From positions 8,362-72,361 of the forward strand of contig JACNJF010000142.1 in the NCBI GenBank assembly GCA_014382695.1: a stretch of 64,000 bases of DNA, given 5' to 3'. The notes under the pieces were generated by a model, which had not been told where the DNA came from, did not search any database, and saw only the letters and a program-made list of their open reading frames with translations. Shown one piece after another: positions 21,440-31,089 of this stretch. Source of the stretch: Gammaproteobacteria bacterium. GTDB lineage: Bacteria > Pseudomonadota > Gammaproteobacteria > GCA-001735895. Made by a program: the position numbers and the translations under genes. The stretch's first letter is position 1. Every line of letters starts with the position of its first letter.

Positions 21440-22057
21440 TTAACTCGGCGGCGGGGTGAAAGGCATACTATTGACTATTTTGCAGAACAGCCTGGCTGTC
21501 ATTTCGGCATCGTAGATCGCGGAATGAGCCTCATTGTTATCCCACTCCAGGCCGGCGGCCTGAGCGGCTCGTGATAGCACGGTTTGACCATAGGCCAGAC
21601 CTGCCAGCGAGACCGTATCGAAGGTGCTGAACAGGTGGAAAGGATTTCGTTTGATGCCAGTACGTTGGGCGGCGGCATTGATAAACTTCAGATCAAAATT
21701 GGCATTATGGCCAACCAGTATGGCACGTTTACAGTTACTCCGTTTCAGCGCTTCGCGAATAGGCTTAAAGATTTTTGGTAGAGCCTGCTTTTCTGATATC
21801 GCCATGCGTAACGGGTGATCCGGGTCGATGCCATTGATTTCGAGTGACTTGGGCTCCAGGTTGGCGCCCTCAAACGGGGTTACATGGCAGGTATGGGTAT
21901 CGCTACTGATCAGTTGTCCCTGTTCATCAAAGTCCAGCAACACGGCGGCAATTTGCAGTAATGCATCGGTTTGCTCATTGAATCCACCGGTTTCTACGTC
22001 TACAACCACGGGCAGGAAGCCGCGGAATCTTTTATCCATGGTAATAATTTCATTCAT
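21440..22057 (-). CDS. rnt: ribonuclease T
   Basis: DEDDh exonuclease; [11 protein letters not shown] motif; 205 aa. Confidence 0.9.
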   Translation of the reverse strand: MNEIITMDKRFRGFLPVVVDVETGGFNEQTDALLQIAAVLLDFDEQGQLISSDTHTCHVTPFEGANLEPKSLEINGIDPDHPLRMAISEKQALPKIFKPIREALKRSNCKRAILVGHNANFDLKFINAAAQRTGIKRNPFHLFSTFDTVSLAGLAYGQTVLSRAAQAAGLEWDNNEAHSAIYDAEMTARLFCKIVNSMPFTPPPS

Positions 22058-22059
22058 TT

Positions 22060-23097
22060 TTAATTGTGTTCCAGTGTCCAGCTAATAGTCTTTCCAGCTC
22101 TGAAGGGTATCAGGGTGGCGTCTGCGAAATTGATTTTGTCTGCAACCGTCCAGTCCTGTTTTTTCAGGGTGACGGTGCCGTCATTCACCGGCAGGCGATA
22201 AAAGGCAGCGCCCGCCAGACTCATAAACGATTCAAAATGGATAAAATTATCGACCTGTTCAAAGGCTTCTGCATACAGTTCAACGGCAGCATGAGCGGTG
22301 TATATGCCTGCGCAACCACAGGCCGATTCCTTGGCATGGCGAGGATGAGGTGCACTGTCTGTTCCCGCAAAAAAACGCCCCGGTTGCTGTGTGGCTGCGG
22401 CCAGTAGTGCCAGTCGGTGGTGCTCTCTTTTCGCCACGGGCAGACAGTAATGGTGGGGGTTGATGCCCCCCTTAAACAGATCGTTACGATTAATCAGTAA
22501 ATGGTGCGCGGTTATGGTGGCCGCAACATAAGCATTTTGTGAAAGCACATACTCTACCGCATCTTCGGTGGTGATGTGTTCAAACACGATCCGCAGTTCG
22601 GGGAACTGCTGTCTGATGGTACTCAGTGTGCTATCGATAAATGCCTTTTCGCGGTCAAAGATATCGATATCAGCAGCGGTGGCTTCGCCATGCACCAGCA
22701 AAGGCAGGTCATGCGTTTGCATGGCTTCCAGTAGCGGGATAATTTTGTCGATATGCGACACCCCCGCATCCGAGTTTGTGGTGGCACCCGCCGGATAAAG
22801 TTTGGCCGCGTGGATAAAAGGAGATTGCGCGGCGGTTTCAATTTCCTGAATCGAAAGGTTGTCGGTGAGATACAGTGTCATCAGCGGATTAAAGCTTGAG
22901 CCCGGCTGCAACGCGCTTAGGATTCTATCCCGGTAGGACAGGGCCTGTGCACAACTGGTCACCGGCGGTACCAGATTTGGCATGATGATCGCCCTCGCAA
23001 ACTGGCGGGCAGTGTCGTTTATCACCGCCTGCATCTGGGCGTGATCACGCACATGCAGATGCCAGTCATCTGGTGTCGTTATTACGATTTTTCGCAT
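22060..23097 (-). CDS. pyrC: dihydroorotase (class II)
   Basis: [10 protein letters not shown], the class II PyrC HxH metal-binding N-terminus, 345 aa. A 2-nt gap to rnt suggests co-transcription. Confidence 0.92.
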   Translation of the reverse strand: MRKIVITTPDDWHLHVRDHAQMQAVINDTARQFARAIIMPNLVPPVTSCAQALSYRDRILSALQPGSSFNPLMTLYLTDNLSIQEIETAAQSPFIHAAKLYPAGATTNSDAGVSHIDKIIPLLEAMQTHDLPLLVHGEATAADIDIFDREKAFIDSTLSTIRQQFPELRIVFEHITTEDAVEYVLSQNAYVAATITAHHLLINRNDLFKGGINPHHYCLPVAKREHHRLALLAAATQQPGRFFAGTDSAPHPRHAKESACGCAGIYTAHAAVELYAEAFEQVDNFIHFESFMSLAGAAFYRLPVNDGTVTLKKQDWTVADKINFADATLIPFRAGKTISWTLEHN

Positions 23098-23381
23098 AAG
23101 TAGAGTTTATAGACCTTGCTTGTAAGGGTTAATTATCTCATGATTAGCTGATAAACTCTAAATTTAACGTATACTATCCGCCATCCCTAAAGTGGTTCAG
23201 AATAGTCGTTAAAGTCGCCAGAATAGGTGACCAATTATAATATTCTTAACCCAAGTTCTGAACCTGTCAGCAATATTAAACCAGTATAAATTTTTTTAGC
23301 TCTAAGCGACTTTTTAAAAGGATTTACTGAGGCTTTCGATATTGTTGGCGGGTCATATTGAAATAAAATAGAGAGATTAAA

Positions 23382-26045
23382 ATGACAGATACTATTGATC
23401 TAGACCTGGATCCGCAGGAAACGCAGGAGTGGGTTGAGGCTCTTGAAGCCGTGTTAAAACATGAGGGTGCAGACAGGGCTCATTTTCTACTCGAAAAACT
23501 GATTGATAAGGCGCGTCGTTCCGGTGCTTACATGCCTTATACCGCTAATACCGCTTATCTGAATACCATACCCGTCGCGCAGCAAAAACCTTCTCCAGGT
23601 GATCCGGCCATAGAGCACCGGATTCGTTCTGTTATTCGCTGGAATGCGGCCGCGATGGTGGTGCAGGCGAATCGCAAAACCAGTGAACTGGGTGGACATA
23701 TCGCCAGCTTTTCTTCGGCCGCGACATTATACGATGTCGGGTTCAATCATTTCTTCAAGGCTCCCACTGCAGAAAATAAGGGCGATCTGGTTTTTTTTCA
23801 GGGTCACTCAGCGCCGGGTATCTATGCCAGAGCGTTCATTGAAGGTCGCCTGACTGAAGAGCAGCTTTTAAATTTCCGCCAGGAAGCGCTGAATAAGAAT
23901 GGTCTGTCGTCTTACCCGCATCCCTGGTTAATGCCAGACTTCTGGCAGTTCCCCACCGTTTCTATGGGCCTCGGGCCTTTGATGGCGATCTATCAGGCGC
24001 GCTTCAAGAAATATATGGAAAACAGGGGGTTTCTGGAGTCGCAGGGCCGAAAGGTCTGGGCTTTCATGGGCGATGGAGAAATGGATGAGCCTGAGTCGCT
24101 CGGTGCTATTTCACTGGCATCGCGCGAAAAGCTGGATAATCTGATTTTTGTAGTCAACTGTAATCTACAGCGACTGGATGGCCCGGTACGAGGCAATGGT
24201 AAAATCATTCAGGAGCTGGAAGCCGTCTTTCGTGGGGCAGGCTGGAATGTAATCAAGGTGATCTGGGGCGGTTACTGGGATGCGTTGCTGGATAGAGATA
24301 AGGATGGCCTGTTACAGAAGCGCATGGAAGAGTCCGTGGATGGCGAGTATCAGTCTTATAAAGCACATGGCGGTGCCTTTACGCGCGAGTATTTTTTCGG
24401 TAAATACCCTGAGTTGAAGGCGATGGTCGCCAACATGTCGGACGAAGATATCTGGCGTCTGAATCGTGGCGGACATGACCCGCATAAAGTGTATGCCGCC
24501 TATGCTGCAGCGGTAGAACATACCGGGCAGCCTACCGTCATCCTGGCGAAGACGGTGAAAGGATATGGTATGGGAGAAGCGGGAGAAGGGCAGAATATTA
24601 CCCATTCACAGAAGAAAATGGGTGAAGAGGCGCTAAAGGCTTTCCGCGATCGATTTAATATTCCGGTTTCCGACAAAGATATTGCCAATGCTCCTTTCTA
24701 TCGTTTCCCGGAAGGCAGCGAAGAAATGCAGTACATGCGTAAACAACGCGAAGCCTTGGGCGGCTATATGCCGGTGCGTAAGGACTGGGCTGAGCCGCTT
24801 AAAATTCCGGAACTGGATATTTTTGAAGCGTTGCTGGTGGATAGTGGCGAGCGTGAGTTTTCCACCACCATGGCTTTTGTCAGGATGCTCTCTACTCTGA
24901 CCCGTAATAAAGATATCGGAAAAAATATCGTGCCTATTGTGGCTGATGAAGCACGTACATTTGGCATGGAAGGCATGTTCCGGCAGCTGGGGATTTATTC
25001 TTACAGCGGACAGTTATATAAGCCGATGGATGCCGATCAGGTCATGTATTACCGGGAAGATAAAAAGGGCCAGATTCTGCAGGAAGGGATTAACGAGGCA
25101 GGTGCCATATCATCCTGGATTGCTGCGGGGTCTTCCTATTATACCCATGGCGTGAATATGATACCTTTTTACATCTATTATTCGATGTTTGGTTTTCAGC
25201 GTATTGGTGATCTGGCCTGGGCTGCCGGAGATATGCAGGCCAGAGGGTTTCTGATTGGTGGTACAGCGGGAAGAACCACGCTGGCGGGAGAAGGTCTACA
25301 GCATCAGGATGGACATAGTTTAATTGTCGCCGGAACCATTCCCAACTGTATTTCTTATGATCCAACCTATGCCTATGAGATGGCGGTCATCGTTCATAAT
25401 GGCATGAAGCGCATGTATCAGAAGCAGGATAATGTGTATTTCTACATTACTGCAATGAATGAAAACTATCATCATCCAGCCATGCCTAAAGATGCCGAAG
25501 AGGGGATAGTGAAAGGCATGTACTGCCTGAAACAAGGTTCAGAAAAGGGCATAAAAGTTCAGTTGATGGGCTCTGGCACTATTTTACGTGAAGTGATTGG
25601 GGCGGCTGAGCTTTTGAAATCAGATTTTAATATTGAATCTGACATCTGGAGTATGACCAGTATCAATGAACTGGCCAGAAATATTGTTGATACGTCGCGC
25701 TGGAATCTGCTGCACCCGACCAAAAAAGGCAGGCAGAGTTATGTTCAGGAAATGCTGACTGGACGCAAAGGCCCTGCGGTGATTGCAACCGATTATACCC
25801 ATACCTATGCAAACCAGATCCGCTCACATGTACCGATGCGTTATGTAACGCTTGGAACCGATGGGTTTGGACGTAGTGACACCCGCGCTAATCTAAGGAT
25901 TTTCTTTGAGGTGAATCGCTATTATGTGGTTATCGCTGCGCTAAAGGCTTTATCTGATGATGGTGAGATTGAGAGCAAAGTGGTTCAGCAGGCGATTAAA
26001 AAATATAAAATTGATCCGGAAAAGCCTAACCCTCTGACAGTGTAA
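23382..26045 (+). CDS. aceE: pyruvate dehydrogenase E1 component
   Basis: 887 aa homodimeric E1 with ThDP-binding motifs. Confidence 0.95.
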   Translation: MTDTIDLDLDPQETQEWVEALEAVLKHEGADRAHFLLEKLIDKARRSGAYMPYTANTAYLNTIPVAQQKPSPGDPAIEHRIRSVIRWNAAAMVVQANRKTSELGGHIASFSSAATLYDVGFNHFFKAPTAENKGDLVFFQGHSAPGIYARAFIEGRLTEEQLLNFRQEALNKNGLSSYPHPWLMPDFWQFPTVSMGLGPLMAIYQARFKKYMENRGFLESQGRKVWAFMGDGEMDEPESLGAISLASREKLDNLIFVVNCNLQRLDGPVRGNGKIIQELEAVFRGAGWNVIKVIWGGYWDALLDRDKDGLLQKRMEESVDGEYQSYKAHGGAFTREYFFGKYPELKAMVANMSDEDIWRLNRGGHDPHKVYAAYAAAVEHTGQPTVILAKTVKGYGMGEAGEGQNITHSQKKMGEEALKAFRDRFNIPVSDKDIANAPFYRFPEGSEEMQYMRKQREALGGYMPVRKDWAEPLKIPELDIFEALLVDSGEREFSTTMAFVRMLSTLTRNKDIGKNIVPIVADEARTFGMEGMFRQLGIYSYSGQLYKPMDADQVMYYREDKKGQILQEGINEAGAISSWIAAGSSYYTHGVNMIPFYIYYSMFGFQRIGDLAWAAGDMQARGFLIGGTAGRTTLAGEGLQHQDGHSLIVAGTIPNCISYDPTYAYEMAVIVHNGMKRMYQKQDNVYFYITAMNENYHHPAMPKDAEEGIVKGMYCLKQGSEKGIKVQLMGSGTILREVIGAAELLKSDFNIESDIWSMTSINELARNIVDTSRWNLLHPTKKGRQSYVQEMLTGRKGPAVIATDYTHTYANQIRSHVPMRYVTLGTDGFGRSDTRANLRIFFEVNRYYVVIAALKALSDDGEIESKVVQQAIKKYKIDPEKPNPLTV

Positions 26046-26095
26046 AAAGTGGTTATTCATTTTAAAGGTCTCACTCAAATTCGACGGAGATAAAC

Positions 26096-27430
26096 GTGGC
26101 AAATATTGAAAAAATTTTGTTACCTGACGTAGGTGACTTTGATGATATTGAAATCATTGAAGTCATAATTAGTGCTGGCGATGACGTCAATAAGGATGAC
26201 TCAATCATTATGCTTGAGTCCGACAAGGCGACGATGGAGATTCCAAGTCCTGTTAGCGGTAAGATTCAATCGGTTGCGGTTAAAGTGGGTGATCGAATTT
26301 CCGAAGGAACTCTCATCGCTGAGATTGAAACCTCGGAAAGTCAGCCGCCTGTGCCAGCGCCGGCAGCCGCGGCTAAACAGGTTGCTTCTGCGGTAGCAGC
26401 AGTCGAGGTTGCACCGGTAGCTGCACAGGTCGCGTCAGCAGCCAGTCAGAATCTGGAGCGTGCGTCATCTCCAGTGTCCGACTTAGCCGATTCAGCGCTA
26501 ACGCCGATTGCTCATGCGAGTCCATCGATTCGACGTTTTGCACGTGAGCTGGGCGTTGATATCAGTCGCGTGAACGGATCAGGAAATAAAGGCAGGGTAC
26601 TCAAAGAAGATGTGCAGGGTTATGTGAAATCGACTCTGGCGAGTGCGGGTACTGCCGCCGCGCCCGGTAGAGGGTCAGGTGGAATGGGACTGCAGATCAG
26701 TCAGGCACCGGTCATCGATTTCAGTAAATTTGGTGAAACAGAAACTCAGGTATTAAGCCGGATCAAGAAAATATCCGGTGCCCATCTGCATCGTAGCTGG
26801 GTTAGTGTTCCGCATGTGACTCAGTTTGACGAAGCGGATATAACCGGTCTGGAAGAGTTCAGAAAATCACTGGCAAAAGAAGCTGAGAAAAAAGGTGTAC
26901 GGCTCACTCCGTTAGTTTTTATCATGAAAGCGGTGGTCTGTGCATTGCAGGAGATACCGGAGTTTAATTCTTCGCTGGACGCCTCTGGTGATAACCTTAT
27001 CTTGAAAAAATATTTCCATATCGGGGTGGCTGTTGATACACCTAACGGATTGATGGTGCCGGTAATCAGGGATGTGGATAAAAAAGGAATTTACCAGTTA
27101 TCAGCCGAACTATCAGCAGTGGCGGCACGTGCCCGAGACGGGAAATTATCACCTGCAGATATGCAGGGAGGATGCTTTTCCATTTCCAGCCTGGGCGGCA
27201 TAGGAGGTACCCAGTTTACTCCTATTGTGAATGCACCAGAGGTGGCAATCCTCGGTGTGGCCAGGGCTAAAATGCAACCGGTATATCAGTCTGATGGCAC
27301 GTTTAAGCCAGCATTGATGTTACCGTTGGCATTGTCTTATGATCACCGTGTAATTGATGGTGCACAGGGCGCGCGTTTTACTAACTATTTAAGTCAGCTT
27401 ATATCTGACATCCGAAGGGTATTATTATAA
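26096..27430 (+). CDS. aceF: dihydrolipoamide acetyltransferase E2 (single lipoyl domain)
   Basis: Lipoyl domain (ESDKATMEIP), Ala/Pro linker, E3-binding domain and catalytic DHRVIDG. Confidence 0.92.
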   Translation: MANIEKILLPDVGDFDDIEIIEVIISAGDDVNKDDSIIMLESDKATMEIPSPVSGKIQSVAVKVGDRISEGTLIAEIETSESQPPVPAPAAAAKQVASAVAAVEVAPVAAQVASAASQNLERASSPVSDLADSALTPIAHASPSIRRFARELGVDISRVNGSGNKGRVLKEDVQGYVKSTLASAGTAAAPGRGSGGMGLQISQAPVIDFSKFGETETQVLSRIKKISGAHLHRSWVSVPHVTQFDEADITGLEEFRKSLAKEAEKKGVRLTPLVFIMKAVVCALQEIPEFNSSLDASGDNLILKKYFHIGVAVDTPNGLMVPVIRDVDKKGIYQLSAELSAVAARARDGKLSPADMQGGCFSISSLGGIGGTQFTPIVNAPEVAILGVARAKMQPVYQSDGTFKPALMLPLALSYDHRVIDGAQGARFTNYLSQLISDIRRVLL

Positions 27431-29163
27431 TGAGTAAATCCGATCTAATCGTTCCTGATATTGGTGGGTTCGCAAATGTAGAAGTCATTGAAGTGCATGC
27501 AGCAGTAGGTGATAAGCTGGAAAAAGAAGACTCCATCATTACGCTGGAGACTGATAAGGCGACGATGGATATTCCCTGTCCAGTGTCAGGCACGATCACA
27601 GATTTAACGATTAAGGTCGGTGACAAGGTATCCGAAGGCTCCAAACTCGGTGTGATTGAGGCGACAGCGAAAACTCCCTCTGCCTCTGCACCGGTTCAGC
27701 AGGCGGCTCCAGCTACTGCTGCCGCAGCAACCCCTGTTAACACCAGCACCGCAGATAAACACTGTGAAGTACTGGTTTTAGGTGCTGGCCCCGGTGGCTA
27801 TACAGCGGCATTCAGGGCGTCTGATTTAGGCCGGCAGGTTATTCTGGTCGAACGTTATGATTCTCTGGGTGGCGTTTGTCTGAATGTCGGCTGCATACCG
27901 TCAAAGGCGTTATTGCATACGGCTCAGATCATCAATGAAGCGGAGCACATGTCATCCAACGGGGTAAAGTTCGGTAAGCCGGAAATCGATCTGGCCGGTA
28001 TCAACGGTTTTAAATCACGCGTTGTGACCAAGCTTACCGGCGGGCTTAAGCAGCTGGCAAAGCAAAGAAAGGTCGAGATAGTCAACGGTGTAGGTGAGTT
28101 TGTTAGCGATCACGTGCTGAAGGTGACTAAAGACGGCACGGATACGACGATATCTTTTGATCACTGCATCATCGCGGCAGGTTCTCAGGCAACTCAGATT
28201 CCGGTATTTCCGAACGATGATGAGCGGTTGATGGATTCTACCGGTGCACTCGAACTGAAAGACGTTCCCAAAAAACTGCTGATTATCGGTGGTGGAATCA
28301 TCGGTCTGGAAATGGCCACGGTTTACGATGCATTAGGCTCTGAAGTTACCGTGGTTGAATTCATGGATTCACTAATGCCTGGCTGTGATGCGGATCTGGT
28401 GCGTCCGTTGATGAAACGCATCAAAGCAAAATACAAGGACATCCTGCTGGGTACTCGAGTGACCGAAATCAAGGCCCAGAAAACCGGCCTGAAGGTGAGT
28501 TTTGAGGGTAAAAATGCGCCGCCGGCAGAGCTGTTCGATCGGGTGCTGGTTGCGGTTGGACGCAAACCCAATGGTCTTAAGATCGGTGCCGAAAAAGCGG
28601 GTATAAGCGTTACAGAAACTGGCTTCATCCCGGTGGATACGCAGATGCGTACCAATGTGGCGCATATTTTTGCCATCGGTGACATCGTCGGTCAACCCAT
28701 GCTGGCGCACAAAGCTACGCATGAAGCCAAGGTTGCTGCTGAAGTTATCAGCGGCATGAAGTCATTCTTTGAGCCGTTGACGATACCGTCGGTGGCTTAC
28801 ACAGACCCTGAAGTGGCCTGGATGGGTCTTACCGAAACTGAGGCTAAAGCCAAAGGGGTCGAGTATGTGAAAGGGGCATTCCCGTGGGCGGCAAGTGGTC
28901 GCTCTCTCGGACTGGATCGCGATGAGGGATTAACCAAGGTGCTGTTTGACAAGGAAACTATGCGCATACTGGGTGCTGGTATTGTGGGTCCCAATGCCGG
29001 CGAGTTGATTGCAGAAGCGGTACTGGCACTGGAGATGGGCGCCGATGCAGAAGATATTGGATTAACCATCCATGCGCATCCCACACTGTCAGAAACCTTC
29101 AACTTTGCTGCTGAAATGGCGGAAGGGACGATTACCGATCTGTATATTCCAAAGAAAAAATAA
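27430..29163 (+). CDS. lpdA: dihydrolipoyl dehydrogenase E3 with N-terminal lipoyl domain
   Basis: N-terminal lipoyl domain (ETDKATMDIP), then FAD-binding GAGPGG and the redox disulfide CLNVGCIPSK. ATGA overlap with aceF. Confidence 0.92.
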   Translation: MSKSDLIVPDIGGFANVEVIEVHAAVGDKLEKEDSIITLETDKATMDIPCPVSGTITDLTIKVGDKVSEGSKLGVIEATAKTPSASAPVQQAAPATAAAATPVNTSTADKHCEVLVLGAGPGGYTAAFRASDLGRQVILVERYDSLGGVCLNVGCIPSKALLHTAQIINEAEHMSSNGVKFGKPEIDLAGINGFKSRVVTKLTGGLKQLAKQRKVEIVNGVGEFVSDHVLKVTKDGTDTTISFDHCIIAAGSQATQIPVFPNDDERLMDSTGALELKDVPKKLLIIGGGIIGLEMATVYDALGSEVTVVEFMDSLMPGCDADLVRPLMKRIKAKYKDILLGTRVTEIKAQKTGLKVSFEGKNAPPAELFDRVLVAVGRKPNGLKIGAEKAGISVTETGFIPVDTQMRTNVAHIFAIGDIVGQPMLAHKATHEAKVAAEVISGMKSFFEPLTIPSVAYTDPEVAWMGLTETEAKAKGVEYVKGAFPWAASGRSLGLDRDEGLTKVLFDKETMRILGAGIVGPNAGELIAEAVLALEMGADAEDIGLTIHAHPTLSETFNFAAEMAEGTITDLYIPKKK

Positions 29164-29526
29164 TTACTTTGAATGCTTTGGGTATCCTGTACAGGGATGT
29201 GGATACCCTTCATTGTAAACAATGGGATCAGCGGGATTATCAAGACGCTGTAGCGGCCAGAAAAAATTGAGCAATTTTTCACCAATCATTTGATAAATCT
29301 CTGCAATTGAGTCCGGGCCATTGCTTTTTACTCTTTTCGTACTATCTTTAAAGCTTAATTTGGGCTGATTAGACTCTCTGTAAGCGGGTTTAACAACCCT
29401 GTTTAGATTGATCTCAATACAAATAAATCCTTGTAAGCCAAGTATTTATTATATATTCTTAAGGTGAAATGTTAGATGGCTGTCAATATCAGTCGAGTTA
29501 TAAATATGAGTTGCTCAGGGATACTC

Positions 29527-30135
29527 ATGAAAAACACATCAAATTCAACCTACAAACAACCTCTTATTTTTGTGCTGCTTATGTCGCTGGCGGGTTTTAG
29601 TCTGCCGGTATCTGCGGAATTCGATATGACCGGATTGTACGCCGGGGTGCAGTTTTCCACGACGGAAGATAAGTTCGTGCGCGATTCAGGCTCCACGGTT
29701 ACCAATAACAGGGGTCATATTAAAGCGAAACTGGGAAAGGCCATCAATGATCTGGTTTCGATCGAGGGGCAGTTTGGCATGACCACAAATTCTGGAGCGA
29801 CGCAGGGAATTGCTACTTACGGTGCCTATCTGCGGCTTGGAAAGGATTACGGGCAGTATAAGCCTTACGGTCTTATTGGCTTTAGTGGTATCTATGCCTA
29901 CGAGGATAATGTGGACAATGTTTCCGAAACTTCAGGTTCCTACGGAGCGGGTCTGGAAATTTTTGGTAGCAAGGATCTGGCCATTACGTTTGAGTATTTA
30001 CGCATGATCGATAAATCGGTTGATGGTGGAGATTCTACTTTTGATGCCTTCGGTGCAGGCTTTACTTATTACTTCACCGAAGATAAATCTTACTTTAACA
30101 AGAACCGGAATAAAATCCGTTCTATCAGATACTAG
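29527..30135 (+). CDS. small outer-membrane beta-barrel protein (OmpA-TM/OmpW-like)
   Basis: Signal peptide (LIFVLLMSLAGFSLPVSA/EF), alternating amphipathic strands, aromatic C-terminus. Start chosen at the internal Met. Confidence 0.55.
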   Translation: MKNTSNSTYKQPLIFVLLMSLAGFSLPVSAEFDMTGLYAGVQFSTTEDKFVRDSGSTVTNNRGHIKAKLGKAINDLVSIEGQFGMTTNSGATQGIATYGAYLRLGKDYGQYKPYGLIGFSGIYAYEDNVDNVSETSGSYGAGLEIFGSKDLAITFEYLRMIDKSVDGGDSTFDAFGAGFTYYFTEDKSYFNKNRNKIRSIRY

Positions 30136-30153
30136 TTTGCACAGGAAGAACGC

Positions 30154-30987
30154 ATGAAAAAAGTAAATTATTGTTTTCTGACTCTAATCGCCGCTACTGC
30201 ATTGCTGACTGGTTGTAGCGATGACGAAACTTCCGCTTCATCTACAAATGGTAATGTTAGTGGAACTTCTAACTCTGTTGGCTTAGGCCCTTCTGTACCG
30301 ACAGGAATAGTCTCTCATCGTGACTTTAGAATAGGATTTGATCCCGGTATTGCTCTTGTATTTGATTCTCAGGGTAATTTTTCCGGTGGTGACCCCGTGT
30401 CAATTGTCATTAGAGCCGATGATATAAAAGATCTGGTAGTAGATGGTCAGACAGTAAATATTAGAACGGAATGGGGAACTTTTACTGATGATAAAGATTC
30501 CTGTGTGCTTCAAAATGGAACATGCTTTGTCACCTGGTTACCCGGTTCTAGTCAAACAGCACCCTCCGCTCTAATTCCGAGCCCTGCAGAATCAGCTGAA
30601 TGTCGAGTTGCATTTACAGCATGGACAAGAGGTGAAGAAAAATTTTCTGACGCAAATGGTAATGGTGTACTGGATGTTGGCGAAGTGTTTACTGATTTGC
30701 CAGAACCTTATTTAGATATCAATGAGACAGGTCTTTATTCGAACTTTAATGGGTATGTGAGTGGTTGGGATGCTCCCGGATACTGTAATTCAGACAGAGT
30801 TTGCGAAATGATTGATACTAATGGAAATCGTTTGCATGATGAACCTGACGGGAAGTATAACGGAACATTGTGCGCGAGTGGGAACCCTGACTGTTCAACT
30901 AACACATCAACATTGATTTGGACAACGCACTACCTGTTAATTTCTGCGCAAACTACCTTAAACTGTTCAGGTTTTAAGGGGAGTTGA
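30154..30987 (+). CDS. Cys/Asn/Gly-rich lipoprotein, unknown function
   Basis: Lipobox LLTGC; 277 aa; lower GC than neighbours; many Cys (possible disulfides). Confidence 0.55.
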   Translation: MKKVNYCFLTLIAATALLTGCSDDETSASSTNGNVSGTSNSVGLGPSVPTGIVSHRDFRIGFDPGIALVFDSQGNFSGGDPVSIVIRADDIKDLVVDGQTVNIRTEWGTFTDDKDSCVLQNGTCFVTWLPGSSQTAPSALIPSPAESAECRVAFTAWTRGEEKFSDANGNGVLDVGEVFTDLPEPYLDINETGLYSNFNGYVSGWDAPGYCNSDRVCEMIDTNGNRLHDEPDGKYNGTLCASGNPDCSTNTSTLIWTTHYLLISAQTTLNCSGFKGS

Positions 30988-31089
30988 TGCTTGTTTCAAT
31001 TAATCTAAGTCCATAATATATTTAAATCCAACCTTTGTTAGTTGCTATATTAAGATAAAAAAGCCTTGGACCTTGTTCAGGGTTTTTTA

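Noticed and set aside
30988-31089. Possible bidirectional terminator between the lipoprotein gene and the DUF748 gene
   Set aside because: T- and A-runs are present, but I could not find a convincing stem by eye.
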